Both the position numbers and the translations under genes were made by a program. Below, piece after piece: positions 1 to 8,390 of a DNA stretch of 13,864 bases (position 1 is the stretch's first letter; every line of letters starts with the position of its first letter). Source of the stretch: Deltaproteobacteria bacterium TL4 (GTDB lineage Bacteria > SAR324 > NAC60-12). Location: contig JBBCAX010000207.1 in NCBI GenBank assembly GCA_051382335.1, forward strand, positions 1 to 13,864, in the 5' to 3' direction. The notes below the pieces were generated by a model. The model saw only the letters and a program-made list of their open reading frames with translations, was not told where the DNA came from and did no database searches.

Positions 1-439
1 TTACGAAAGTTGATTTTAAAACAAAGAAAAAACAAAAAAATATGAAAGAACTGTTTTTTGAGCAAGTTATTAATTTCATTAATAAAATTGCAGCGTAAAA
101 ACATTCATGCACGGGTATTGGGGATTGGGGAGAAGATGGTTGTGATTTTGGTTAAACAGGAGAACGCTTTCTTACTCTTTAGTCCTTATCCCGAACTCAC
201 GTTAAATTAATTCTTGCCTAATTTTTGATTTTCCTATAGAAGTGTTGGCACCGTTTGTTCTGGATGTGATCATCCAATGGATTCTGTCTGGTTGGAAACA
301 TCATGAATTACGGATATGACGGACGTGTCAGTCGGTGCTGACAGTGCGGATTAACATTAGTTTAACCCAAGTTGTGAACTGTCTGGAAAGGTAGTCTTTG
401 ACGGCATTCACATGGTTTAATGGTGTCACCCCAAGTGAA

Positions 440-544
440 TATAGCTGTCCAGAAAAGTTTTTTCCCTGGGAGCGAGGGCATCTTGCCCTCACCGGAGGGC
501 GGGACGCCCTCGATCCCAGGACAAAACTTATCTTGAGCACTATA
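440..544. mobile_element. MITE family A, copy 1 (TATA-bounded TIRs, GC-rich REP-like doublet core)
   Basis: Ends are TATAGCTGTCCAGAAAAGTTTT...AAAACTTATCTTGAGCACTATA. The core has palindromes GAGGGCATCTTGCCCTC and GAGGGCGGGACGCCCTC. Related copies lie at 3240, 4145 and 13103. Confidence 0.8.
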
Positions 545-649
545 CGAGGGATCTTGAACTCAAGATGGGTCAGGATTTTTCCTTGCGGTCTCCATGACAC
601 TACAGATCACAACTTGTGTTATGTTCAATCAACAATTAAGGAGATCATA

Positions 650-3082
650 ATGAATATAAGAAACAAGTATCAAACTTTGAGTTTGATCAGCCTTTTGCTG
701 GCCATGATGTTTGTTTTTGCCAGTTGTAATGTCACGGAAGATGACGATAAAAAGGATGAAGCTACGTCAGTAGAGGTCAAGACGACGCCGATCGAGCACA
801 ATTCCAGTGTGGCCCTCTCCAAGGTGATCCCCCCAGGGGATGCCGTCTGTGGTGGTAGAGGTGGTACCTTGGTGCAAACCGGGGTTGATGAAAATGGTGA
901 TGGGCTCCTGCAGGCCTCAGAGGTGGATAATGAAGAAGCAGTCTGTAACGGCACCAATGGCACCAATGGCACTAATGGCACTAATGGCACCAATGGCACA
1001 GCCGGTCAACCAGGTAAAGACGGGGGTGATGGGGTTGATGGGATTGATGGGGTCGATGGTACAGTCCTCGCTCCGGCAACCAAACAAACGTTGGTCATGA
1101 ACAACCTGAAATTCGGGATTGACAGCAACAATTTTATCACTGCGAGCTTCGAGATTACTGACGGGGATACCCCCATCACGGGGTTGACCACAGCCGATTC
1201 GACCCTCTACCTGGCAGGTCTGGTTCCTGGGACCACCGGCAATTCTGATGAATGGAAATACTGGACAGGGGTCAATGACACCACACTGGTGGAAGGACCT
1301 GACGGAACCTATCTGCTCACATCCAACAAGCTGAATACGGACGTTCCAGCCGGGACCACGACCCAGCGTGGAGTGGCGCGTATCGCCCGAAGTGGATATA
1401 ACACCGTGGTCAAGACCTACGACTTCGCGATTACGGATCCGGTGACCCCGGTTGCCGATGGCAAAGCTGTGGTCAATGACGCCTCCTGTAAAGCGTGCCA
1501 TGGTTTTGGTGTTACGATCCATGCCTATGGCCGTAATGATGTCAAAGTCTGTGCGGTTTGCCACAGTCCGAACTACAATGCCACCATCGCCAATAATAAG
1601 GCCGATCTGGTGACCATGGTTCACCAGATTCACACCAAAAAAGCCGAAGTCCTTGGGAATATCCACTGGTCTGGCCATGGTGAAAACTGGGGTATAGCCT
1701 CTACCGCCACCCCGGCTAAAACGCCACTGAATGAATTTGCTTATCCTGGCACTATTCTCAATTGCTCCAAGTGTCATAATACCGTGACCAACGCCGATAA
1801 CTGGAAAACAAAACCGACCAAAACGGCTTGTGGTTCTTGTCACACCACCGTGACTTTTGACGGAGTCGCCTCCGTGGGGATTAAAGGCGCTGCCTTTACG
1901 CACGATGCCCAGGTTAGCAACTCCGAGTGTGCGGTATGCCATAATGCCACAAAAATCACGACCTACCACAAGCCAGCATCCCGTGATGATGCCAGCCAGC
2001 GCCTGGTGGAAGCAGTCATTACCGGTGTTGTCGTCGATGCGAATGGCGGGGTAACGGTCTCCTTCAATGTGACGGAGAACGGCGTGGCCAAGACCGATTT
2101 GGCTGCCAGCAGCAGTGTAGCCTTTACTCTGGCGAAACTGGTTCCGTCCACCGAGGGAACACCCAGTTACTGGCAGAGTTACCTGAGCAAGGTACGGACC
2201 AAGGACGCGACCCGGGCTCCCGTGATTCAAGGGCGGAATGAAACGGCCGCGGAGGGTGGTATTTTCACCAATACCGGTAACGGGACCTATACCTACAAGT
2301 TTGCCCTGCTGAATGCAGAACCCGCAGGGGATATCCGGAACGTTACCCATGCCCACAACAATTCTTCCGGCATCACCGGGGACTACCTCCCTGCAAACGG
2401 TCTGACACAGATGGCCTATTCGGTAACCTATGAACCGACATTGACTCATCGTGTGGCCATGAGCCTGTCGGGGATCAAGACCAATGCTTTCCTCGATTTT
2501 GTCCCAGCCGGAGGAACGGCTGAAACCCGTAACATCGTCAGCCGTGCGGCCTGCGACAAATGTCATGGCGACAGCCAGCTGCATGCCGGTATTGCCGTTG
2601 AGTATTGTGTCGGCTGCCACAATCAGAATAGTTTTGATCCCTATACCGGCCCAACCGGGAAGGGCGCTTTGGCGACCACCGATGCCGCTTTCACGGGCAC
2701 CTCTGCCGTGGAATTGGAACGGCTGGTTCACAAGATTCACATGGGAAAAGACCTGAAGAAAGGGTTCCGCGTCAATACGACGGCGGCAGCCACGACAGGT
2801 CATATCTATGACAAATTGCAGTTTCCCCGTGGTGCGGCGTCTAGCGGCACTACGCCTAACGCATCGGACTGTATGGCGTGTCATGATGAGTCCAATACGG
2901 CGATGACAGAAGCTTCAAACTGGCAGTATGGAACCCGTGCCTGCGGCAGTTGCCATGATGGGGATCGGGCCACCGCCCACATCAAAGCCAATACCTTGGA
3001 CGGTTTCGCCACCTGCACGATGTGTCATGCTCCCGGTGCGCTCGTTCCCGTTAAAGACACGCACTATGGGTTCAGTAAATAG
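650..3082 (+). CDS. Decaheme c-type cytochrome lipoprotein, OmcA/MtrC family (810 aa), with an N-terminal Cys-bracketed small domain and a collagen-like linker
   Basis: RBS AAGGAG (638-643) precedes ATG 650. The signal peptide ends in lipobox FAS-C. Ten CxxCH motifs in a 5+5 layout (CKACH, CAVCH, CSKCH, CGSCH, CAVCH / CDKCH, CVGCH, CMACH, CGSCH, CTMCH) are separated by heme-free beta-rich domains. MVHQIH and LVHKIHMG motifs and 'W..KPTKTACGSCH' are typical of MtrC/OmcA. Confidence 0.92.
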   Translation: MNIRNKYQTLSLISLLLAMMFVFASCNVTEDDDKKDEATSVEVKTTPIEHNSSVALSKVIPPGDAVCGGRGGTLVQTGVDENGDGLLQASEVDNEEAVCNGTNGTNGTNGTNGTNGTAGQPGKDGGDGVDGIDGVDGTVLAPATKQTLVMNNLKFGIDSNNFITASFEITDGDTPITGLTTADSTLYLAGLVPGTTGNSDEWKYWTGVNDTTLVEGPDGTYLLTSNKLNTDVPAGTTTQRGVARIARSGYNTVVKTYDFAITDPVTPVADGKAVVNDASCKACHGFGVTIHAYGRNDVKVCAVCHSPNYNATIANNKADLVTMVHQIHTKKAEVLGNIHWSGHGENWGIASTATPAKTPLNEFAYPGTILNCSKCHNTVTNADNWKTKPTKTACGSCHTTVTFDGVASVGIKGAAFTHDAQVSNSECAVCHNATKITTYHKPASRDDASQRLVEAVITGVVVDANGGVTVSFNVTENGVAKTDLAASSSVAFTLAKLVPSTEGTPSYWQSYLSKVRTKDATRAPVIQGRNETAAEGGIFTNTGNGTYTYKFALLNAEPAGDIRNVTHAHNNSSGITGDYLPANGLTQMAYSVTYEPTLTHRVAMSLSGIKTNAFLDFVPAGGTAETRNIVSRAACDKCHGDSQLHAGIAVEYCVGCHNQNSFDPYTGPTGKGALATTDAAFTGTSAVELERLVHKIHMGKDLKKGFRVNTTAAATTGHIYDKLQFPRGAASSGTTPNASDCMACHDESNTAMTEASNWQYGTRACGSCHDGDRATAHIKANTLDGFATCTMCHAPGALVPVKDTHYGFSK
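947..1060 (+). repeat. In-frame 9-bp tandem repeats encoding a Gly-X-Y linker
   Basis: Six copies of AAYGGCACH (947-1000; NGT x6), then GQPGKDGGDGVDGIDGVDG (GATGGGRTY repeats). Confidence 0.9.
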
Positions 3083-3198
3083 GAAGATTTGAAAAGACGG
3101 ATGGTTGCGATTTGCTTTGCGAGGCATCATGGAAGCAACCATGTTGTAATGGTCAAGAAAAAAAGGGATCTTTTCTCGCCCTTTAGTTTTTACTAATT

Positions 3199-3231
3199 CG
3201 GAGTCCAGAACCGCACGAGTTCTGGATTCCG
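3199..3231. terminator. Strong hairpin downstream of the cytochrome gene (terminator-like or REP-like)
   Basis: CGGAGTCCAGAAC-7 nt loop-GTTCTGGATTCCG forms a 13-bp stem with one G-U pair. There is no clear U tract on the + strand. Confidence 0.4.
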
Positions 3232-3329
3232 GATGCAAATATAGTTGTCCAGATAAATTCCTGCGGGAGCGCAGGCGTCCCACCTACTTTTGCGGGCAAG
3301 ATGCCCGCATTCCCAGGACAAAACTTTTC

Positions 3330-3648
3330 CACCTGTGCAGGTACCTTTTTTTGGCTACTGGCCTAAGACGGGACAGCCATCATTTCAGTAGGTTGGGGAG
3401 AGCGGTAGCGAAACCCAACATCCAGGCAGTAATGTCCGTTTTTCGTTGGATTTCGCTACGCTCTACCCAACCTACGTTTTTGTCCCACTTTAGACCGGTA
3501 GCCCTTTTTTTAACCACGAAAAACACTAAAAACACGAAATAAAACCTGCAAAATAGGGTTTCACGGAGGAATTCATTTATTAAAAAATCATTTATTTCGT
3601 GTTTTTCGTGTTTTTCGTGGTTAATTTTCAAACCACCTGCACAGCTCG
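3330..3648. mobile_element. MITE family C (CTGTGCAGGT...ACCTGCACAG ends), carrying an AACCACGAA-type inverted pair and a nested family B MITE
   Basis: A 9-bp direct repeat AAACTTTTC flanks it at 3321-3329 and 3649-3657. An internal inverted pair lies at 3510-3543 / 3591-3624. The first 120 nt recur at 13745-13864 with one mismatch. Confidence 0.78.
3353..3503. mobile_element. MITE family B, copy 1 (GGCTAC...GTAGCC TIRs) with a GTAG-type REP doublet
   Basis: TIRs are GGCTACTGGCCTAAGACGGGACA / TGTCCCACTTTAGACCGGTAGCC. An 8-bp TSD CTTTTTTT lies at 3345-3352 and 3504-3511. The REP pair is at 3388-3420 / 3444-3475. Confidence 0.82.
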
Positions 3649-3670
3649 AAACTTTTCTTGAGAAGTATAC

Positions 3671-4124
3671 TTAAACGATTTTTATCATCTTTGTGAGTAT
3701 TTAGACGCTGCTGCCAAAGTTTATGCTAATGATGAAAAAGACAGTTGGGTGGAAAATCAAAAGAAACTTCTAAAAAGCAACGGTTCCGCAGTAGTTCTTG
3801 ATAACTTGCTTCCCTACTTGGAACCTCTTGATATTTCTGATGAAAAAACTCCAGTAAGAGCATGCTATTGTTATATTTTCAATCGTCCTGAACAATTTTA
3901 TTATCAAGAGGCGTTGGAGGAAAACCTTCCTATTGGTTCAGGAGAAATCGAAAGTTCACATCGATATATTATTCAAGATCGAATGAAACTACCGGGAGCT
4001 TGGGGGAAGTCAATAACGCAAAAAAATGTTGGCCTTGAAACTTTTAGAGGTAAACGGAAAATGGGAAAACTATTGGGAAAATCGGTGGGAAAATAAGGTT
4101 GCCTCACACTTTTAATTGCACCCC
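3671..4124 (+). pseudogene. 3' remnant of an ISKra4-like (UPF0236-related DDE) transposase with its right inverted repeat
   Basis: The frame reads DFYHLCEYL...LPIGSGEIESSHRYIIQDRMKLPGAW, and after frameshifting MLALKLLEVNGKWENYW. It ends with CACACTTTTAATTGCACCCC. The 5' part is missing. Confidence 0.8.
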
Positions 4125-4144
4125 AAGCAAAGATAATATTTCAG

Positions 4145-4248
4145 TATAGTTGTCCAGAAAAGTTTTGTCCTGGGAACGAGGGCGTCCCGCCCTCCGGTGA
4201 GGGCAAGATGCCCTCGTTCCCAGGGCAAAACTTTCCTTGAGCACTATA
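4145..4248. mobile_element. MITE family A, copy 3
   Basis: Ends are TATAGTTGTCCAGAAAAGTTTT...AAAACTTTCCTTGAGCACTATA. The core is the reverse complement of the core in the 440 copy. Confidence 0.82.
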
Positions 4249-4572
4249 TCAACCAGCATTCCTCCTGACAATTGGCACATTAAAGCAGAAACCACCAAGA
4301 GTAGGTATGTTCGCTTCTTTTTTCATGGTGGTATCTCCGATTGTGAGTTAGAAAAATACCAAAGATACCACCGTTTTCGTAAATTTATGACTCAATTCTC
4401 AAAAAACGAGAGATGATGCTCGACTATCTGAAAACGGAGGTTATCACCACATGTTTATTATATGCAACTGAATTCATTTAGGTTAAACCCCGAACACCTA
4501 TGACTGATTCATAGCAATCATCCTTTTCTCCTTTGTTAATCGTTAAATCAAACTTCATAACAAAAGATTAAA

Positions 4573-4634
4573 AAAAGTGGTACATTTTTCGGCTGCCACA
4601 ACTACGAAAAGTGGTACACTTTTAGACTGCCACA
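4573..4634. mobile_element. Isolated IS21-family-like terminal end (two tandem 28-bp repeats)
   Basis: AAAAGTGGTACATTTTTCGGCTGCCACA (4573-4600) and AAAAGTGGTACACTTTTAGACTGCCACA (4607-4634) are 25/28 identical and end in CA. Reiterated ends of this style are typical of IS21. No istA/istB is present. Confidence 0.55.
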
Positions 4635-4859
4635 CTCAAATGAATTGCTTTTTTGAGGCTATTAATTCTATTTAACCCCCATGAGACAAGTCTCACAACG
4701 AAGCATGAAAGTAATTGGTAGGCCGGGATTACATGCCCGGCAAAATGAGGGGCACGTAGTCCCCTTCTACCACTTTCTTACAAATACAGACATGCATTTA
4801 AATAAATTCAGCATGTATATTTTGGATGACCCATTTAATCGACTCATGATTAGGAGTGT

Positions 4860-4921
4860 CAAAGCTTGCTTTGACCAGAAAAGCCAAAGCTTTTCTTTGA
4901 ATTTTGCCAAAGCAAGCTTTG
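4860..4921. promoter_or_regulatory. Three CAAAGC-N2/3-(G)CTTTG palindromes, candidate transcription-factor operator array
   Basis: CAAAGCTTGCTTTG 4860-4873, CAAAGCTTTTCTTTG 4885-4899 and CAAAGCAAGCTTTG 4908-4921, with about 24-bp periodicity, lie about 110 bp upstream of the RHH gene. Confidence 0.4.
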
Positions 4922-5030
4922 GTACTCCACAGTAATTCCAATGAAATTATTTAAATGAACGTCTATAGACTGAAATAAATAATTTATTGCCATTAAAATT
5001 TAACTAATTGATATTAAAGGAACTATAAAA

Positions 5031-5327
5031 ATGGGAATATATAATAAAGATGAAAACAAATATTCTGTGTTGGAACGCACAAAAGTCACAAAAAAAATGT
5101 CAGAGTATATTGATAAGATTGCCTTAAAAGAAGGCTGGAGTCATAGTAGAGTGCTCCGAGAAGCCTTGGATCATTATGCGGAATATGAGGAAACAAGAGC
5201 GCTGCATGAATTAAAAGAGCTTAAAGATGAGGTTTCTATGCTTAACGACTATGTCCGGGCAGTTGGCAAACATCAAGAGCAGTGGTTTGCAATCATTAAC
5301 GAGAAATTAAGCAAATCCAGTCCATGA
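5031..5327 (+). CDS. Small ribbon-helix-helix (CopG-like) DNA-binding protein with a coiled-coil C-terminus
   Basis: RBS AAAGGA lies upstream. The segment RTKVTKKMSEYIDKIALKEGWSHSRVLREALDHY fits the RHH pattern. Confidence 0.65.
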   Translation: MGIYNKDENKYSVLERTKVTKKMSEYIDKIALKEGWSHSRVLREALDHYAEYEETRALHELKELKDEVSMLNDYVRAVGKHQEQWFAIINEKLSKSSP

Positions 5328-5498
5328 AGTCAAATTCCCCGTTTACGGAGTGAATCCTCCTTACCGGATCAACCTCTTGAATTGGCGATGAACTGTTTCT
5401 TCCCAACAAAAACTTCTTTCTGGAATTGACATCGTTTTTGCTTGTTCTGTTTAACAGTTCTGCTATGAAGAGAAACTTCAAAACACACCTCCTCAAAA

Positions 5499-5574
5499 GC
5501 CTTCGTAGCTCAGTTGGTAGAGCGGAACTTTCGTAAAGTTCAGGTCGCCTGTTCAATTCAGGTCGAAGGCTCCA
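5499..5574 (+). tRNA. tRNA-Thr (anticodon CGT)
   Basis: 76-nt cloverleaf: acceptor GCCTTCG/CGAAGGC, D arm GCTC/GAGC, anticodon stem GAACT/AGTTC with loop TTCGTAA, T loop TTCAATT, and encoded CCA. Confidence 0.96.
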
Positions 5575-5634
5575 TAAAATCAATTACTTACAAAATTCTC
5601 ACCTATTGAACAACGGCTACCCGCCTATGGGACA

Positions 5635-5746
5635 CGTCAAAGTGATACGTAAAGTTAGTAGGAGGGGCTTGCCCATCAAATTCAACGATGCCGCGTTTTT
5701 GATGGGTAAGCCCCTCTTACTCTTGTCCCGCATTAGGTGAGTAGCC
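5635..5746. mobile_element. MITE family B, copy 2, with a different GTAG-type REP doublet
   Basis: TIRs are GGCTACCCGCCTATGGGACA / TGTCCCGCATTAGGTGAGTAGCC. A perfect 8-bp TSD TGAACAAC lies at 5627-5634 and 5747-5754. The inverted pair is at 5658-5680 / 5698-5720. Confidence 0.85.
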
Positions 5747-5792
5747 TGAACAACACTTGTAATAACCTTTTTTTGTTCATTATAACTGACCC

Positions 5793-7841
5793 TTAGCAGT
5801 GAACAGCGGCTCCATTTAAATCATTAAATTGAGGATGCTTTAATATCAGTTTTTCAATCTCTGCTTTTTCAATGTCAGAGTTTTCATTGCCAAATTTTGA
5901 ACAACTCCGGTGAAATCGTTGAAGCCAGTCAGCCCCTAAAAGTTTGATATCAGAGTTTTTTATTGTCATTGAAGTGAAAGCTGCAGTTGTTTCAGTTTTG
6001 GGTCCTGTACCCGCACCGCTTCCTGTATAGAATCCGGCTGCAAGGAGGGCGCCTCTCACCCTTGTGGAACCGGAATAAGTGAAAAGTTTCGCAGGTGTAT
6101 TTCCGCAGGTGTTGAAGATCCTTTTGAATACAGAATAACTCCAGAGAGGACCGTCAGTATAGAGTGAAAAGGGGTCGTAAAAAATAAGATGCGGTTGTGG
6201 CACATTCTCTATATGCTTGAGAAAGTCACCTTTAACAAGCATCCATTCTATCTTTTTATCCTTAGAAACCCACAAGCCGGCTTTAATGATTGAAGTCGGT
6301 GCCGAGTGTCTCACATGAGGGAACAGCGGAGCATTTTTAACGGCAAGACGAAGAGAGTCCAAATCCTTTTCAAAACTGATAATTTTTACACGTTTCTGAA
6401 AATCATGCTCTTCAAAGATCTCTTCGAGTTCAAAGATTGCAGCCATTGCATTGGTTCCGGCTCCCAGTCCAACATCCCAGATCACCAGTTCATCCTCAGT
6501 AATAAATTCGAGCATTCTGGGTAATTCTGACTGGTTGATGTAGAGTGTATTCGCCTCAACCAGAGGATCTGTCACAGAGTGCATTGTTTCGCCCGATGTC
6601 ATGTGACGTATGCTGTGAAAGCCGGCCTCCTGTTTAACTATTTCGTAATCTCCAAGGACATGGAGATTTTTCTTCTTTTTTCTTCTGGGGGAAGTAACCG
6701 GATGTTTGTCATCATCGCTCACTAAGCTTTCTTTCTGTTCTTTGTAGTAGGAGAGAAATGTGTCCTTGAGAATATGCGCGCGCATTGAGTCCATCAGATT
6801 GCGGTAAAAAGTAAGGTTATGGTTTCCGATAAGATTTCCCCCATAGTATTCATGGGTTTTTGTCAGATGGTGGAGGTACGCACAGCTATACCTGCTGCAG
6901 GCGGGGCACGAGCAGTTTTCATCCAGCGGCCGGTCCTGAAACTTGTAGACACCTCGGCGCATATCCCTCATTCCATGAGAGGTGTAGGCAACGCCCTGCT
7001 GCGCCATGGATGTGGGGAGGATGCAGTCGAACATATCAACTCCGCGGTGTACGGCTTCAAGCAAATCAATGGGAGTTCCGACTCCCATAAGATAGCGGGG
7101 ATAGTTTCGCGGTAGAAGCGATGTGGTCATCTCGGTCATAGCCTTTCGTTCAGCCTCTGACTCACCAACGGCAAGTCCTCCAATGGCAAAGCCGTCAAAG
7201 GGAAGAGAGGTAATCTGCCGGGCACTCGTTTTTCGAAGCTCAGGAAAACACGCTCCCTGAACTATTCCGAAAATAGCTTGGAGTGAATCCCCCCGTGCGG
7301 CTAGACTTCTCTCCGCCCATCTTGCCGTAATATCCGCTGCGTCTCTACAGAGAGCTTCCTCGGAGGTAGAGGGTAGGCACTGATCCATTGCCATCATGAT
7401 ATCGCTGTTGATAAGCTTCTGAGTTTCAATGCTCGTTTCTGGACTTAAAAGAATTTTTATGCCATCATGATAACTTCTGAAAACTGCGCCATCCTCTGTA
7501 ATCTTCACATCTTTTGAAAGTGAAAAGACCTGGAATCCTCCTGAGTCTGTAAGAACCGATCTCTTCCAGTTCATGAACTTATGTATGCCGCCGAATCTGT
7601 TGAATACCTCTGTGCCGGGACGTAGCAAAAGGTGATAGGTGTTTGCCAGCAGGACAGGAAATCCAAGCGCCTCAACAGAGGTCGTATCCTGTGTTCTTAG
7701 CACGGCAAGTGTTGCCACAGGCATAAATACAGGTGTCTGGACGGTATTGTGCCGTGTGGTGAATGTACATGCTCGTGCTGAAGAGTTCGCTGATTCTGCT
7801 TCAACATTAAATTTAAGAGACGGACTATTTGCTACTGTCAT
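5793..7841 (-). CDS. tgt: tRNA-guanine(34) transglycosylase fused to a C-terminal MnmD/MnmC-N-like SAM-dependent methyltransferase
   Basis: The N-terminal ~375 aa carry TPVFMPV, LANTYHL, TDSGGFQVFSL, GIVQG, GGLAVGE, RYLMGVG, GVDMFDC and the Zn site CSCPAC...HN. The C-terminal part has DVGLGAGTN, FEKD, YDPFS..PLWS and TYSGSTRVRGALLAAGF. Confidence 0.93.
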   Translation of the reverse strand: MTVANSPSLKFNVEAESANSSARACTFTTRHNTVQTPVFMPVATLAVLRTQDTTSVEALGFPVLLANTYHLLLRPGTEVFNRFGGIHKFMNWKRSVLTDSGGFQVFSLSKDVKITEDGAVFRSYHDGIKILLSPETSIETQKLINSDIMMAMDQCLPSTSEEALCRDAADITARWAERSLAARGDSLQAIFGIVQGACFPELRKTSARQITSLPFDGFAIGGLAVGESEAERKAMTEMTTSLLPRNYPRYLMGVGTPIDLLEAVHRGVDMFDCILPTSMAQQGVAYTSHGMRDMRRGVYKFQDRPLDENCSCPACSRYSCAYLHHLTKTHEYYGGNLIGNHNLTFYRNLMDSMRAHILKDTFLSYYKEQKESLVSDDDKHPVTSPRRKKKKNLHVLGDYEIVKQEAGFHSIRHMTSGETMHSVTDPLVEANTLYINQSELPRMLEFITEDELVIWDVGLGAGTNAMAAIFELEEIFEEHDFQKRVKIISFEKDLDSLRLAVKNAPLFPHVRHSAPTSIIKAGLWVSKDKKIEWMLVKGDFLKHIENVPQPHLIFYDPFSLYTDGPLWSYSVFKRIFNTCGNTPAKLFTYSGSTRVRGALLAAGFYTGSGAGTGPKTETTAAFTSMTIKNSDIKLLGADWLQRFHRSCSKFGNENSDIEKAEIEKLILKHPQFNDLNGAAVHC

Positions 7842-8012
7842 ATAAAATCATTTCCCTGTTTTTCTTTGAGAGCTTAAGGTGATTTTGATCAAAGAGATCA
7901 AATCGCGGGTATCGAAATCCTTAATGTTAAAGAGCCAGTTAGTATCAAAATACAACTGATATTAAAAGTGATATTTTATTTTAAGGTCAATTCAAAATCA
8001 GTGATCAATATA

Positions 8013-8058
8013 TTTCGTAAAGTTCAGATTGCCTGTTCAAAGTTTGGTCTGAGGGCTT
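8013..8058 (+). repeat. Degenerate copy of the tRNA-Thr 3' half (putative att site)
   Basis: 8013-8040 TTTCGTAAAGTTCAGATTGCCTGTTCAA matches 5529-5556 at 26/28, begins at the anticodon loop and is in the same orientation. Confidence 0.75.
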
Positions 8059-8079
8059 GTAACCGTTCACCTACCCCTG

Positions 8080-8346
8080 TTATAGAGAGTATAACGCTGC
8101 TTCTAAATGGTCAAATATTTCACTTAATTCTTGCTCTTTTTTCTTTGATGTCGAGTGGTTCGCTTACGCAGCCACAAAACCTATAAGTTCTTTTAACTCA
8201 TATTCGGTTAATAACAATGTGACGTCATTATTCTTCATTTCTACTTTTTTTAGCAGACTACCACAGCAAGTCATAATCATAGAATTATTTTTGAGGATGT
8301 TATAATCGAAGCTATCCAAAATAATGGTGTGTCGTTTCTGTTTCAT
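8080..8346 (-). pseudogene. Small hypothetical protein with an internal TAA
   Basis: The 60-aa ORF continues in frame past TAA (8164-8166) as LIGFVAA*ANHSTSKKKEQELSEIFDHLEAALYSL*, consistent with a GAA>TAA change in a VAAEANH motif. Confidence 0.6.
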
Positions 8347-8390
8347 AGGTGTAAAACGGATAGAGTGTTATTTTTACTGAGACAAAGACT

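Larger units (their letters stand above)
3240..3669. mobile_element. MITE family A, copy 2, interrupted by a family C element
   Basis: The left end is TATAGTTGTCCAGA. Removing 3330-3657 restores CCCAGGACAAAACTTTTCTTGAGAAGTATA, which matches the right end of the copies at 440 and 4145. Confidence 0.8.

Noticed and set aside
186..204. TTATCCCGAACTCACGTTA, resembling an IS/MITE terminal repeat
   Set aside because: No partner end or second copy is present in the window.
245..260. Sigma-54 promoter TTGGCAC for the cytochrome gene
   Set aside because: The -12 position reads TC rather than GC.
398..649. 84-codon N-terminal extension of the cytochrome ORF
   Set aside because: It reads through a MITE. 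The RBS and lipoprotein signal point to ATG 650.
917..2884. 655-aa minus-strand ORF (also 670-999 and other overlapping ORFs)
   Set aside because: These are antisense or alternate-frame shadows of the cytochrome gene with no recognisable motifs.
3351..3631. ORFs 3351-3542 and 3380-3631 (also 4104-4298, 5296-5583, 8571-8756, 10838-11026)
   Set aside because: They are translations of MITE, tRNA-antisense or intron RNA sequence.
4573..4634. CRISPR array
   Set aside because: There are only two repeats, 6 bp apart, and no cas genes. An IS21-like end fits better.
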